Positions 20,725 through 31,226 are shown, counted from the first letter of the stretch. The stretch is DNA of 64,000 nt from an uncultured Gammaproteobacteria bacterium (GCA_963844595.1 CAWJOW010000004.1:480157-544156); one strand, 5' to 3'. The notes: generated by a model not told the origin, from the sequence alone. Numbers and translations are program-made.

Positions 20725-21345
20725 ATGGTTCCGGCACTCACCGCACTCGAGACGCTGCGCGAAGGCAACCGGCGCTTCGTCGAGGACCTGCGATCGGGCG
20801 GCAGCGGCGCCGGGCGGCGCCGCGCGCTGCCCCGCGGCCAGGACCCGCTCGCCATCGTGCTCGGCTGCTCCGACGCGCGCGTGCCGGCCGAGATCGTGTT
20901 CGATCAGGGACTCGGCGACCTGTTCGTGATCCGCGTCGCAGGCAATATCGTCGCGCCGTCGCAGATCGGCAGTGTGGAGTTCGCGGCCGAGGCCTTCGGC
21001 ACGCGCCTCGTTGTGGTACTCGGGCATTCCAACTGCGGCGCAATTCACGCGACGCTCGAGCAGCTGCGCCGTCCCTCGCAGGACCAGTCGAGCAACCTGC
21101 GCTCGATCGTCAACCGTATCCGGCCGGCGGTCGAGGGCCTGCTCGATCGCGCCGAGGCGCTCGACCCGCAGACTCTGGTGAGCCGAGCCGTACGCGCCAA
21201 CATCCGCATCTCCGCCGATCACCTGAGGCACGGCTCGGAGGTGCTCGAGCAGGCGATCGAGCGCGACGGCTTGCTGGTCGTGGGCGCCGAGTACTCGCTC
21301 GACAGCGGCGTGGTGGACTTCTTCGACGGCGTGCCGCCGGGCTGA
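20725..21345 (+). CDS. beta-class carbonic anhydrase
   Basis: LLEGN-type N-terminus (LETLREGNRRF), CSDARVP, FVIRVAGN and GHSNCGA zinc-ligand motifs are present. The start was chosen at the ATG at 20725. Confidence 0.85.
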   Translation: MVPALTALETLREGNRRFVEDLRSGGSGAGRRRALPRGQDPLAIVLGCSDARVPAEIVFDQGLGDLFVIRVAGNIVAPSQIGSVEFAAEAFGTRLVVVLGHSNCGAIHATLEQLRRPSQDQSSNLRSIVNRIRPAVEGLLDRAEALDPQTLVSRAVRANIRISADHLRHGSEVLEQAIERDGLLVVGAEYSLDSGVVDFFDGVPPG

Positions 21346-21368
21346 TCGGGCCGGCAGGCAAAAGAACG

Positions 21369-21403
21369 CCCGGTGCGGTGGCTGCCGCCGACGCCGCACC
21401 GGG
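21369..21403. terminator. stem-loop between convergent genes (possible bidirectional terminator)
   Basis: CCCGGTGCGG (21369-21378) pairs with CCGCACCGGG (21394-21403). On the minus strand it is followed by CGTTCTTTTG. A second perfect hairpin, ACCGATCGA-g-TCGATCGGT (21448-21466), sits directly after the peptide gene stop. Confidence 0.45.
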
Positions 21404-21485
21404 CTGATTTGCGCGCCCGAGCGTCCCGGCGCGCCTCTTCATCAACGACCGATCGAGTCGATCGGTTTACATCCCTTGAATCGGT

Positions 21486-21764
21486 CTACTTGCCGGCGTC
21501 AGCCTTCATCTTCGTGTGCGCGGCCTGGCAGTCGCTGCGGGTCATTTCGAGGAAGCCCTTGCCCTTGCAGGAGTTCTGTCCCTTGCAGGAGTTGTGGGCG
21601 CTCTTGCAGGCCGACTGTCCCTTGCACTGGTTCACGCCGTGACAGTGGATGGTTGCCGGAGCCGCAGCCGGCTCATCGGCCGCCGCGGCCGTGCCGATGA
21701 AGCCGGCGCCGAAGAGTATGGCAGCCGCTGTCGCGAGGGCCACACCGGAGGTTTGCTTACGCAT
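21486..21764 (-). CDS. small secreted Cys-rich NxCKG-repeat protein: candidate bufferin-type (BufA2 / 6-Cys-like) RiPP metallophore precursor
   Basis: The 92-aa product is MRKQTSGVALATAAAILFGAGFIGTAAAA|DEPAAAPATIHCHGVNQCKGQSACKSAHNSCKGQNSCKGKGFLEMTRSDCQAAHTKMKADAGK. It has a Sec signal with an AxA site and 6 Cys in repeated N-x-C-K-G context. A GAGGA RBS lies 8 nt upstream of the ATG at 21764, and the gene is immediately downstream of DoxX. Confidence 0.7.
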   Translation of the reverse strand: MRKQTSGVALATAAAILFGAGFIGTAAAADEPAAAPATIHCHGVNQCKGQSACKSAHNSCKGQNSCKGKGFLEMTRSDCQAAHTKMKADAGK

Positions 21765-21847
21765 TTGGATAGTCCTCAATGAAGTGGAATGGTTATTACC
21801 GGGCATCCACCCGGTCAGATGAGGAGACCGGGCGCGCCGCTATTTTC

Positions 21848-22345
21848 TTACGTCGGCGCGTTTTCCGCACCCGGAACTTGGCCGGGCGACCTCCCTGACC
21901 GGAGGAACCAGCGCTGCAGCCAGTGGTCGACCGACAGCAGCCCGGGGCCCGCGATCGCGAGCCACAGGAACAGTGCCAGGTACTCGAACTCGTCGAAGCC
22001 GAGCAGCGTCTCGAGGGAGTCGACATCGGCCCACTTGGCCGAGCGGATTGCCACGATCATGGTGATACCGAGGGCGCCGGCCGAGACGCGCGTCAGCAGT
22101 CCGATCAGCAGGAACAGCCCCCCGAAGAACTCGATTCCTGACACCAGGGGAGCCAGCACGTGGGGCAGGGGGATGCCCCAGCCGATGAAGTTCTGGACCA
22201 CGGTCGGCAGGTCGCTGAGCTTGCCCCAGCCGCTCCACAGGAATACCCAGCCCACGGTGATGCGGGCGACGAGCGGTGCGAGCCAGCCCAGGTAACCGGC
22301 GACTCGCCGCGGCCAGTCGATCAGCCATTGCACGACGTATCTCAC
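21848..22345 (-). CDS. DoxX family membrane protein
   Basis: LAPLVARITVGWVFLWSGWGKL....GIPLPHVLAPLVSGIEFFGGLFLLIGLLTR is the DoxX signature with four TM helices. The start was assigned to the GTG at 22345, preceded by AGGAG with a 5-nt spacer. The longer track ORF runs antisense into the sigma gene. Confidence 0.8.
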   Translation of the reverse strand: MRYVVQWLIDWPRRVAGYLGWLAPLVARITVGWVFLWSGWGKLSDLPTVVQNFIGWGIPLPHVLAPLVSGIEFFGGLFLLIGLLTRVSAGALGITMIVAIRSAKWADVDSLETLLGFDEFEYLALFLWLAIAGPGLLSVDHWLQRWFLRSGRSPGQVPGAENAPT

Positions 22346-22457
22346 GAGAACTCCTGCTAATTGTGGACGTGGGCAGTCGAGCGAGCAGACCGGGCAGCTG
22401 GCCGCCTTATTGCCCGGCGGGCGCAGGCCCCGTGCGTATAATCGCCGCGGACCCGCC

Positions 22458-23039
22458 ATGCGCAATTCTCCGTCGCCATCCCCGGTCTCCTCCATCAGTG
22501 AGCGGCTCCGCGGACCGGATGCGCGCTCCGCCATGACCGAGCTGTTCGAGCCGCTGCGCCCGGACCTGCTGCGCTTCGCCCAGTGGCTGGCACGCGACCG
22601 GTCGATCGCCGAAGACATCGTGCAGGAGGCGCTGCTGCGGGCGTGGCGGTCGCGGGATGCCCTGAAGGACCCGGCGGCTGCGCGCGCCTGGCTGCTGACC
22701 ATCGTCAGGCGCGAGCACGCGCGGCTCTACGAACGCAAGCGCCTGGAGCTGGTCGCCCTCGATGATGCTCTTGAGACACCCGACAAAGCCCTGTCCGTGG
22801 AACCCGACGACGGGCTCCTCACGCTGCGGTACGCTATCATGAAGCTGCCGCTCGAGTACCGCGAGCCGCTGGTGCTGCAGGTCCTTGGCGGCTTCTCCAC
22901 GGAGGAGATCGCGCGGGAGCTCAAGCTGTCGCCGACCGCGGTGCTGACCCGCCTGTTCCGCGCCCGCAACAAACTGCGGGTCATCTGCGGCACAGCGCCA
23001 ATGCCCGGGGCCGCCGCCACGAGCGAGGAGCCGGCGTGA
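22458..23039 (+). CDS. ECF (group IV) RNA polymerase sigma-70 factor
   Basis: Region 2 (DIVQEALLRAW) and region 4 (EYREPLVLQVLGGFSTEEIARELKLSPTAVLTRLFRARNKL) are present. An alternative start is the ATG at 22533. TATAAT at 22436-22441 lies just upstream. Confidence 0.85.
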   Translation: MRNSPSPSPVSSISERLRGPDARSAMTELFEPLRPDLLRFAQWLARDRSIAEDIVQEALLRAWRSRDALKDPAAARAWLLTIVRREHARLYERKRLELVALDDALETPDKALSVEPDDGLLTLRYAIMKLPLEYREPLVLQVLGGFSTEEIARELKLSPTAVLTRLFRARNKLRVICGTAPMPGAAATSEEPA

Positions 23040-23713
23040 TCTGCGAAGATGCCCGACTGCTGATCGGGGCCACTCCCGCTGACGTGCCGGGCGAGCTCGC
23101 CGCGCACCTCGAGGGATGCGAGCAGTGCGGCGCGCTGCAGCGCGAGATTCGCAGCTTCGAGGCTGATCTGCGCCGTGCCCTGCAGGCACCGCCGGACATG
23201 AGCCGCTTCCTCAGCCGGCGGCGGCCGCCGGTCTGGCGCGGCTGGGCGCTGGCCGCGAGCGTCGTGCTCGTTACCTGCGCGGCACTCGCCGTGTGGTTGT
23301 TGGTTCCGGGCCAGACGCTGGCACACCAGGTGGTGGTGCACGTCGAGGGCGAGCCGCAGAGCTGGCTGGCCACCGAGCAGCTGAGCGCCGCGGGTATCCA
23401 ACAGGTGCTGGACAGATCCGGCGTCCGGCTCGATCTCACCTCCGGGCGCATCGTCTATGCGCAGAGCTGCTGGTTCCGTGGCCACTATGTGCCGCACCTG
23501 GTGCTGCAGACCGCCCGCGGGCCGGCCACAGTGATGCTGCTGCGACACGAGTCGGTGATGCGCCGCGAAGCCTTCAGCGAAGCGGGTATGACCGGCATCA
23601 TCGTGCCCGCTCAGCGCGGCAGCATCGCGCTGCTCACCCGCGGGGGTGGGGACCTCAGCGCTCTCGCCGGCGAGATGCAGCGCGATACGCACTGGATGCC
23701 CGAACCGCACTGA
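23036..23713 (+). CDS. anti-sigma factor (DUF3379-like; N-terminal zinc-binding anti-sigma domain, one TM)
   Basis: It has a GTGA overlap with the sigma gene. The N-terminus C..A..L......P.EL..HL..C..C is ZAS-like, followed by a TM segment (WALAASVVLVTCAALAVWLL) and a periplasmic domain. Confidence 0.65.
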   Translation: MICEDARLLIGATPADVPGELAAHLEGCEQCGALQREIRSFEADLRRALQAPPDMSRFLSRRRPPVWRGWALAASVVLVTCAALAVWLLVPGQTLAHQVVVHVEGEPQSWLATEQLSAAGIQQVLDRSGVRLDLTSGRIVYAQSCWFRGHYVPHLVLQTARGPATVMLLRHESVMRREAFSEAGMTGIIVPAQRGSIALLTRGGGDLSALAGEMQRDTHWMPEPH

Positions 23714-23735
23714 GGGCGCGCGCCCCGGGGTTGCC

Positions 23736-24380
23736 ATGTACCTGCCCGCTGACTTCAAGGAAACGAGCCTTCCGGTCCTGCACGCTCTGATAGGCGCGCA
23801 CCCGCTCGCGACGCTGGTGGCGGCGACCGCGGACGGGCTGGTTGCGAATCACATTCCGCTGCTGCTCGATGCGAGCGGGGAGCGCGCGGCGCTGCACGGC
23901 CACATCGCGCGCGCCAACCCGCTGTGGCAGCAGCTCGCGGACGGCAGCGAGGTGCTTGCCGTCTTCCACGGACCGGAGCATTACATCTCGCCGCGCTGGT
24001 ATCCCTCGAAGCGCGAGCATGGCCAGGTGGTGCCCACCTGGAATTACGCCGTGGTACACGCTCGCGGTGCGCTCAGCTGGCATCACGATGAGGCGTGGCT
24101 GCGGCAGCTCCTCGAGGCGCTCACCAGCCGTCACGAGAGCCGCTTTGCCGAACCCTGGCACGTGTCGGACGCTCCCCCCGAGTACCTGAGCAAGATGCTG
24201 GGCGCCATCGTCGGATTCGATATTCAGCTGCGCGAGCTGACCGGCAAGTGGAAGGCAAGTCAGAACCGCAGCGACGCCGACGTGCAGGGCGTGATCGCGG
24301 GACTGGCCGCCCTCGATGATGCGCCGGCGCGCGCCATGCGGACGCTGGTCGAGGAGTGCCGCAGCATGCGCCGCGGCTGA
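23736..24380 (+). CDS. FMN-binding negative transcriptional regulator (PaiB family)
   Basis: MYLPADFKE......LI..HPLATLV.....L.ANHIPLLL...G.L.GH.ARANP.W.......L..F.GP..YISP.WY and later WKASQNR are present. Confidence 0.8.
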   Translation: MYLPADFKETSLPVLHALIGAHPLATLVAATADGLVANHIPLLLDASGERAALHGHIARANPLWQQLADGSEVLAVFHGPEHYISPRWYPSKREHGQVVPTWNYAVVHARGALSWHHDEAWLRQLLEALTSRHESRFAEPWHVSDAPPEYLSKMLGAIVGFDIQLRELTGKWKASQNRSDADVQGVIAGLAALDDAPARAMRTLVEECRSMRRG

Positions 24381-24414
24381 CGGCGGGACCCGTCCGCGCG
24401 CAACGACACAGGAT

Positions 24415-24743
24415 TGGGCCCGGTAGGATTCGAACCTACGACCAAGGGATTCACTTCGCCCCGGCGTTTCCGCCGGGAGTGGACTATCTCTTCACCCGCG
24501 CACGCGCCCTGGATCGGCGCACCGTGCGTGTGGGTGCGGGATGCTCGTCAGCCTGTCATTAAGGGCACTCGAGCCCTCAGGTAGTCTCTGCACCTTCCGC
24601 CGGTGTACCGGCGGCTCGGCTCAGGGTTGCCATGGGATGCCCTCCCGAAGGTTTCCCTGAATTCATCCCGTCCACTCCGCGCGTTTCCGCGCGAAGGCAC
24701 CTTATCGATGAGTCCCCTGCACTAACCGCTGTGCTACAGGCCC
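24415..24743 (-). tRNA. tRNA-Ile2 (anticodon CAU, lysidine type) gene interrupted by a group I intron; exons 24708-24743 and 24415-24451
   Basis: Joined exons give GGGCCTGTAGCACAGCGGTTAGTGCAGGGGACTCAT|AATCCCTTGGTCGTAGGTTCGAATCCTACCGGGCCCA. This is a perfect cloverleaf: 7-bp acceptor with one G-U, D arm GCAC/GTGC, anticodon stem GGGGA/TCCCT, loop CTCATAA, T arm GTAGG/CCTAC with TTCGAAT. G1-C72 excludes an initiator. The overall sequence closely resembles E. coli ileX as I recall it. No CCA is encoded. Confidence 0.85.
24452..24707 (-). ncRNA. group I intron (IC3-like, Azoarcus tRNA-Ile intron type), 256 nt, no ORF
   Basis: It is inserted after anticodon position 36 (CAU|A). The internal guide GUG can pair with exon CAU, giving a U-G wobble at the splice site. 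A P2-like hairpin CGCGCG-GAAA-CGCGCG is present, together with the conserved strings AUGGCAAC, GAGCC and GAAGGUGCAGAGACUA (Azoarcus has GAAGGUGUAGAGACUA). The last nucleotide is G (24452). The 3' part is extended and ends in a CCGGCG-GAAA-CGCCGG hairpin. Confidence 0.8.
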
Positions 24744-24754
24744 AACCGCGCGCG

Positions 24755-24760
24755 ATTGTA
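24755..24760 (-). promoter_or_regulatory. candidate -10 box (TACAAT) for the tRNA gene
   Basis: TACAAT lies on the minus strand 12 nt upstream of the tRNA 5' end. The -35 is weak (CTGGTG). Confidence 0.35.
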
Positions 24761-24978
24761 ACAGCCTGCTGCGCACTCACCAGCCGGAAGGTGGCGTTGT
24801 GCGCCGGCGCAGAGCGTGGGCTTGGAATCGGCCGGCTGTCCGGGCAGGCCGCAAGGGCGACGGCCGCGGTGACGAGCGCCATCGTGATCACGAGCGACTT
24901 CATGGCAGGCTCCCTCTTGCCATCGCTGTCGATGTCGCTAGCATGACTCTCCTGCGGCGCAAATGCCAAGGAGAGAAC

Positions 24979-25590
24979 ATGAAGCTCTACTACATGCCCG
25001 GCGCATGCGCGCTGGCGTGCAACATCGCGCTCCGTGAGGCCGGACTCAGGTTCGAGCTTGTCAAAGTCGACCGCAAAACCCGGCGCGCCGCGGACGGCCT
25101 CGACTACAACGAGGTCAACTCCAAGGGCTACGTGCCCGCGCTCACTCTCGACAACGGCGAGGTCCTCACCGAGAACCTCGCCGTGCTGCAATACATCGCC
25201 GACCGAAATCCGGCCGCGAAGCTCGCGCCAGCGGCGGGCACGATAGAGCGCTACCGCCTGGAGGAATGGCTGAGCTTCATCAATTCCGAGTTGCACAAGG
25301 CGGGCTACACGCCGCTGTTTCGCCAGGACGCCCCCGAGGCCGCCAAGGACTACGCACGCAAGACTCTGACCGGTCGACTCGACTGGCTGGAGCGTTCGTG
25401 GGGCTCCAGGTCCTTTCTTTTGGGCGAGCAGTTCACCGTCGCCGACGCCTACCTGTGGGTGGTGCTCGGCTGGGGCACACATGTCGACATGGACGTAGCC
25501 CGCTGGCCGCAGCTGAAGCGTTTCCACGAGCGTGTCGCGGCACGCCCCACCGTCATCGAGGCACTCAAGTCCGAGGCCCGGGCCGGATAG
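24979..25590 (+). CDS. glutathione S-transferase (beta class, GstA-like)
   Basis: MKLYYMPGACALACNIALREAGL.FELVKVD...........Y.EVN.KGYVPAL.LDNGEVLTEN.A.LQYIAD is close to E. coli Gst. An AAGGAG RBS is present. Confidence 0.9.
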   Translation: MKLYYMPGACALACNIALREAGLRFELVKVDRKTRRAADGLDYNEVNSKGYVPALTLDNGEVLTENLAVLQYIADRNPAAKLAPAAGTIERYRLEEWLSFINSELHKAGYTPLFRQDAPEAAKDYARKTLTGRLDWLERSWGSRSFLLGEQFTVADAYLWVVLGWGTHVDMDVARWPQLKRFHERVAARPTVIEALKSEARAG

Positions 25591-25687
25591 ACTATACCCG
25601 GGCCGGGATGCGGACGTCGCCGGTGACCGCCGGCGGTTTGCGCTGTTACCATCTGCAGCGTGCAGGGTTTGCACGTGAGAGGACGCA

Positions 25688-25900
25688 ATGGCTACCAAAC
25701 TCAACAAACAACTCAAGCGCGAGATCGACGTGGATGGCAAGCCCTACATGGTCACGCTCTCGCCGGAGGGACTGAAGCTCACGGAGAAGGGTAAACGGCT
25801 GGGACAGGAGCACAGCTGGAAGGAGCTGCTCGGCGTCGCGCCCTCAGCCGCCACCTCGGCTCCAGGCCCCTCCGGCAGCGGGTTCGGCGGACCCGGCTGA
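25688..25900 (+). CDS. small hypothetical protein (70 aa)
   Basis: It has an ATG start and a Lys-rich N-terminal half with a Gly/Ser/Pro tail. No family was recognised. Confidence 0.35.
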   Translation: MATKLNKQLKREIDVDGKPYMVTLSPEGLKLTEKGKRLGQEHSWKELLGVAPSAATSAPGPSGSGFGGPG

Positions 25901-25923
25901 GGCGCAGGCGCCCACGGTGCGCC

Positions 25924-26175
25924 GTGACTGAGGAGAGTCTGCGCGAGCGGCTGTCGCGGGTGCGCGAGCGGCTGAGCGCTGCTGCCCTCGACCGCGAGTC
26001 GCACAAGCTGTTCGCCGCCGTAATCCGCGACATTGAGATCGCGCTCGGCTCAGGCACCGCGGCTGCCCAGGCGCCGCGGCTGGAGTCGCTGGCGGCGAAG
26101 TTCGAGGCAAGTCATCCGCAGCTGGCGGAGACGATGCGAGAGCTCAACGACGCACTGGTCAAAGCCGGTATCTAG
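25924..26175 (+). CDS. small helical hypothetical protein (DUF4404-like)
   Basis: It is an 83-aa ORF (GTG start) with LRERL..VRERL... and ...FEASHPQLAETMRELNDALVKAGI, resembling DUF4404 from memory. Confidence 0.4.
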   Translation: MTEESLRERLSRVRERLSAAALDRESHKLFAAVIRDIEIALGSGTAAAQAPRLESLAAKFEASHPQLAETMRELNDALVKAGI

Positions 26176-26209
26176 TTAATTGGCGGAAACGGCCCGCGGC
26201 CGCGTTCGC

Positions 26210-28390
<2,181 letters not shown>

Positions 28391-28507
28391 GTGTCCGGGA
28401 GAGGTATGGGGTGGCTGTCCCCTATGTGCTGGCCCAAATCGGGCGACACAAGAGGCTCAAAGGCAAAGCGCGCGATTTTATTTGACAAACCTGAAAATAC
28501 CAAATCT

Positions 28508-30325
28508 TTACTCAAGCTCCCGCGCCTCCTTGCGGGCCAGTTTTGTCATAAGTCTTTGAAATTCATTGATTTCATCTGTTGAAAGACTACCCGACCGGCT
28601 CTTGGCCTCCAGGGCCTCCAGCCGACGTCCCGCCGCCTGGTCAGCGAGCTTCACCAGGGCCGCACGCAGCTCCCCGGCCGCGGCCCCGGCATCTGTAATG
28701 ACTGTCTCGCGCGCGAGGAGTTTCTGCAGCGACTCCTCGCCTTCCCGGCCGGCCCAGCGCTGCACGACCTGCGCGGCAAGCTGCGCGGGACGCTCGCGCA
28801 GCTCGTCGAGCAGCTTCCTGAGCAGATCGACCCCAGGCTCATCGGTCTCATCGAGGCCGGCGCGCTCCACCGGGCTCACTTCGGCCGCGATGGCCGGAAA
28901 GTGCACCAGCCGCACGATTGCCTGACGCACGAGGCTCCCGCGCCCGGCGTCACCCCGCGCGCGGGCACCGGCGCGTGCGCGCGCCGCCGCAACCTCGCGC
29001 GCGGCCGCCGGCGGTGCGCCGTGCTCGGCCGCCCACAGCTCCTCGAGGCGCCGGGGGGCAAGCCCCACCACCGCCGCCAGCCGCTCGAGAAGCAGCTCGC
29101 GGTATACCCCCTCTGGGACTTTTGCCAGGAGTGGTCGCGCAGCGGCTGCAAAGCGTGCACGACCGTCGGCGTGCGACAGATCGCTTTGCTCGGAGAGCTC
29201 GCGCACCAGGTACTCCGACAGCGGCAGTGCGCCCTCGAGGCGCGCTTCGAACGCCGCGCGTCCCTCTTCGCCCACCAGAGTGTCCGGATCGTGTCCTTCG
29301 GGCAGGAATAGAAAGCGGATCTCGCGTCCGTCGCGCGCTTCCGGCAGCGCCTGTTGCAGCGCGCGCCACGCGGCCGCGCGTCCCGCACGATCGCCGTCGA
29401 AGGCGAACACCACCGCAGCAACCAGCCGGAAGATGCGGCGGAAATGTTCGGGCGTGGTGGCCGTGCCGAGAGTTGCCACTGCGTAATCGATGCCCGCCTG
29501 ATGCAGCCGCACCGTGTCCATGTAGCCTTCGACGATCAGCAGGCTCTTCAGGTTGGAACGTGCGCGGCGCACTTCGTACAGACCGTAGAGCTCGCGCCCC
29601 TTGTGAAACAACACCGTCTCGGGAGAATTCAGGTACTTGGGCTCGCCCGCGTCGATGACGCGGCCGCCGAAAGCGATGACGCGCCCGCGGCTATCGCGGA
29701 TCGGGAACATGATGCGGTCGCGGAAGCGATCGTAGTAGCGTTCGGCGGTTTGTCCCTGGCCTCGCTCGCGCTCGACGATCAGCCCGGCGTCGGCGAGACG
29801 CCTGCGGTCGACGTCGGTCTCGCCGCAGCGCCGCAGCACGTCGTTCCAGGAGTTGGGCGCATACCCTAAGCCAAAGCGCGCGATCGTCTCGGGCGTGAGT
29901 CCCCGACGCACGAGGTAGTCTCGCGCCCGCGGCTCCCGCTCGAGGAGCTGCCCGTAGTGACGCGCCACTTGTGCCATGAGCGCATACAGCGGCTCATCGG
30001 CGCGGACCGCGCCGGCTTCGGCGCCGCCTTCGCGCGGCACTTCGAGACCCAGGCGCGAGGCGAGCTCTTCGACGGCCTCCGGGAAGCTCATGTGATCATG
30101 GTCCATGAGGAAGCCGAGCACCGTGCCGTGCTTGCCGCAGCCGAAGCAGTGGTAGAACTGTTTGTCGGGGCTCACCCAGAAGGACGGGGTTTTCTCGGCG
30201 TGGAACGGGCAGCACGCCTTGTACTCGCGCCCGGATTTCTTCAGCGGTACGCGCGCGCCGATCACCTCGACGATATCGGCGCGGGCGATCAGCTCGTCGA
30301 TGAAACTCTGGGGAATGCGTCCCAA
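28508..30325 (-). CDS. dnaG: DNA primase DnaG
   Basis: The zinc-finger region CPFHAEKTPSFWVSPDKQFYHCFGCGKHG and the TOPRIM region (LIVEGYMDTV...FDGDRAGR) are present. Confidence 0.95.
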   Translation of the reverse strand: MGRIPQSFIDELIARADIVEVIGARVPLKKSGREYKACCPFHAEKTPSFWVSPDKQFYHCFGCGKHGTVLGFLMDHDHMSFPEAVEELASRLGLEVPREGGAEAGAVRADEPLYALMAQVARHYGQLLEREPRARDYLVRRGLTPETIARFGLGYAPNSWNDVLRRCGETDVDRRRLADAGLIVERERGQGQTAERYYDRFRDRIMFPIRDSRGRVIAFGGRVIDAGEPKYLNSPETVLFHKGRELYGLYEVRRARSNLKSLLIVEGYMDTVRLHQAGIDYAVATLGTATTPEHFRRIFRLVAAVVFAFDGDRAGRAAAWRALQQALPEARDGREIRFLFLPEGHDPDTLVGEEGRAAFEARLEGALPLSEYLVRELSEQSDLSHADGRARFAAAARPLLAKVPEGVYRELLLERLAAVVGLAPRRLEELWAAEHGAPPAAAREVAAARARAGARARGDAGRGSLVRQAIVRLVHFPAIAAEVSPVERAGLDETDEPGVDLLRKLLDELRERPAQLAAQVVQRWAGREGEESLQKLLARETVITDAGAAAGELRAALVKLADQAAGRRLEALEAKSRSGSLSTDEINEFQRLMTKLARKEARELE

Positions 30326-30346
30326 GCCGGCCGCACCGCGTGCTTG

Positions 30347-30790
30347 TCAGCCGAGCTTCTGCTTGATCCGCGCGCTGACCGCGCCCAGGTCGGCGCGCCC
30401 CTGCGCCTTCGGTTTGACCGCGGCCATGACCTTGCCCATGTCCTTGATGGAGGTGGCGCCGGTCGCGGCGATGCTCTCGTTGATGAGGGCTTCGAGCTCC
30501 GCCTCGCCGAGCTGCGCCGGCAGATAGCCCTGCACCACGCCGATTTCGGCGGTCTCCTTCGCGACCAGGTCGGCGCGCCCGCCGCTCTGGAAAAGAGCGA
30601 TGGCCTCGCGGCGCTGCTTGATCATTTTCTCGAGGACCGCGAGCACCTGACCGTCGTCGAGCATGATGCGCTCGTCGACCTCGCGCTGTTTGATGGCGGC
30701 GAGGATCAGCCGGATGGTTCCGAGTCGGTCCTTGTCACCGGCCCGCATCGCACTCTTCATGTCCTCGGTGATGCGATCCCTGAGCGCCAT
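30347..30790 (-). CDS. GatB/YqeY domain-containing protein
   Basis: L.DRI.EDMK.AMRAGDK.RL.TIRL.LAAIKQ.EVD.. is typical YqeY, and the position between rpsU and dnaG fits. Confidence 0.85.
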   Translation of the reverse strand: MALRDRITEDMKSAMRAGDKDRLGTIRLILAAIKQREVDERIMLDDGQVLAVLEKMIKQRREAIALFQSGGRADLVAKETAEIGVVQGYLPAQLGEAELEALINESIAATGATSIKDMGKVMAAVKPKAQGRADLGAVSARIKQKLG

Positions 30791-30814
30791 GCGCCGTGGC
30801 CGAGCGGCGGGAGG

Positions 30815-31024
30815 TCAGCGGGAGCTGCGCATGCCGTCCCGCGACACGCGCTTCATGTGGCGCTTGATCGCGGCGGCCTTCTTTCGCTTGCGCTCCTGCG
30901 TCGGCTTCTCGTAGAACTCGCGCCGGCGCAGCTCGGTGAGAATGCCGGCCTTCTCGCAGGCGCGCTTGAAGCGCCGCAGGGCGGCATCGAAATACTCGTT
31001 CTCACGCACTCGAACGCTCGGCAT
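30815..31024 (-). CDS. rpsU: 30S ribosomal protein S21
   Basis: [55 protein letters not shown] is the near-universal S21 sequence. Confidence 0.95.
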   Translation of the reverse strand: MPSVRVRENEYFDAALRRFKRACEKAGILTELRRREFYEKPTQERKRKKAAAIKRHMKRVSRDGMRSSR

Positions 31025-31210
31025 CGAAACCTCAAGCCACTGACTGGAAAGGAAATCTGCCCCGGCTCCGCAGGACGTGCGCGTCGGGCAGCCAAGCGGG
31101 GGCGGGGGATTCTAATGGACCCCGGAGGCAAAGGCAAAAGCCCCAGGGCCGTCGAATCTCACGACGTTACTCCTTAATTCAGAGGTTACCCGCCGCCGAC
31201 CTTGACTCCA

Positions 31211-31226
31211 TACCAACCGGTTGGTA
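31211..31226. promoter_or_regulatory. perfect 16-bp palindrome TACCAACCGGTTGGTA, probable TetR operator overlapping a promoter
   Basis: The palindrome lies between TTGACT (31202-31207) and TACGGT (31225-31230), with a 17-nt spacer. The tetR ATG at 31237 is only 6 nt after the -10, which implies a leaderless or near-leaderless mRNA. Confidence 0.55.

Noticed and set aside
21486-21764. Assignment of the Cys-rich peptide to classical DUF2282 (BufA1)
   Set aside because: As I recall it, the DUF2282 pattern (EKCYG..AG.NDCA....SCAG...W......GTC, 4 Cys) does not fit. This peptide has 6 Cys in NxCKG repeats, so I only call it bufferin-like (6-Cys class) pending an HMM search.
21848-22702. Full 284-aa version of the DoxX ORF
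   Set aside because: The N-terminal 119 codons run antisense across the ECF sigma gene and its promoter and are low-complexity. An internal GTG with a good AGGAG RBS gives a normal-length (165 aa) DoxX.
24577-24903. ORF with a convincing lipoprotein signal (MKSLVITMALVTAAVALAAC, GAGGGAG RBS) reading through the whole tRNA-intron gene on the same strand
   Set aside because: After about 50 codons it runs straight through the tRNA promoter (TACAAT 24755-24760), both exons and the ribozyme. The mature part has no protein-like composition. Most likely this is a chance or remnant start; at best it is a very short upstream peptide.
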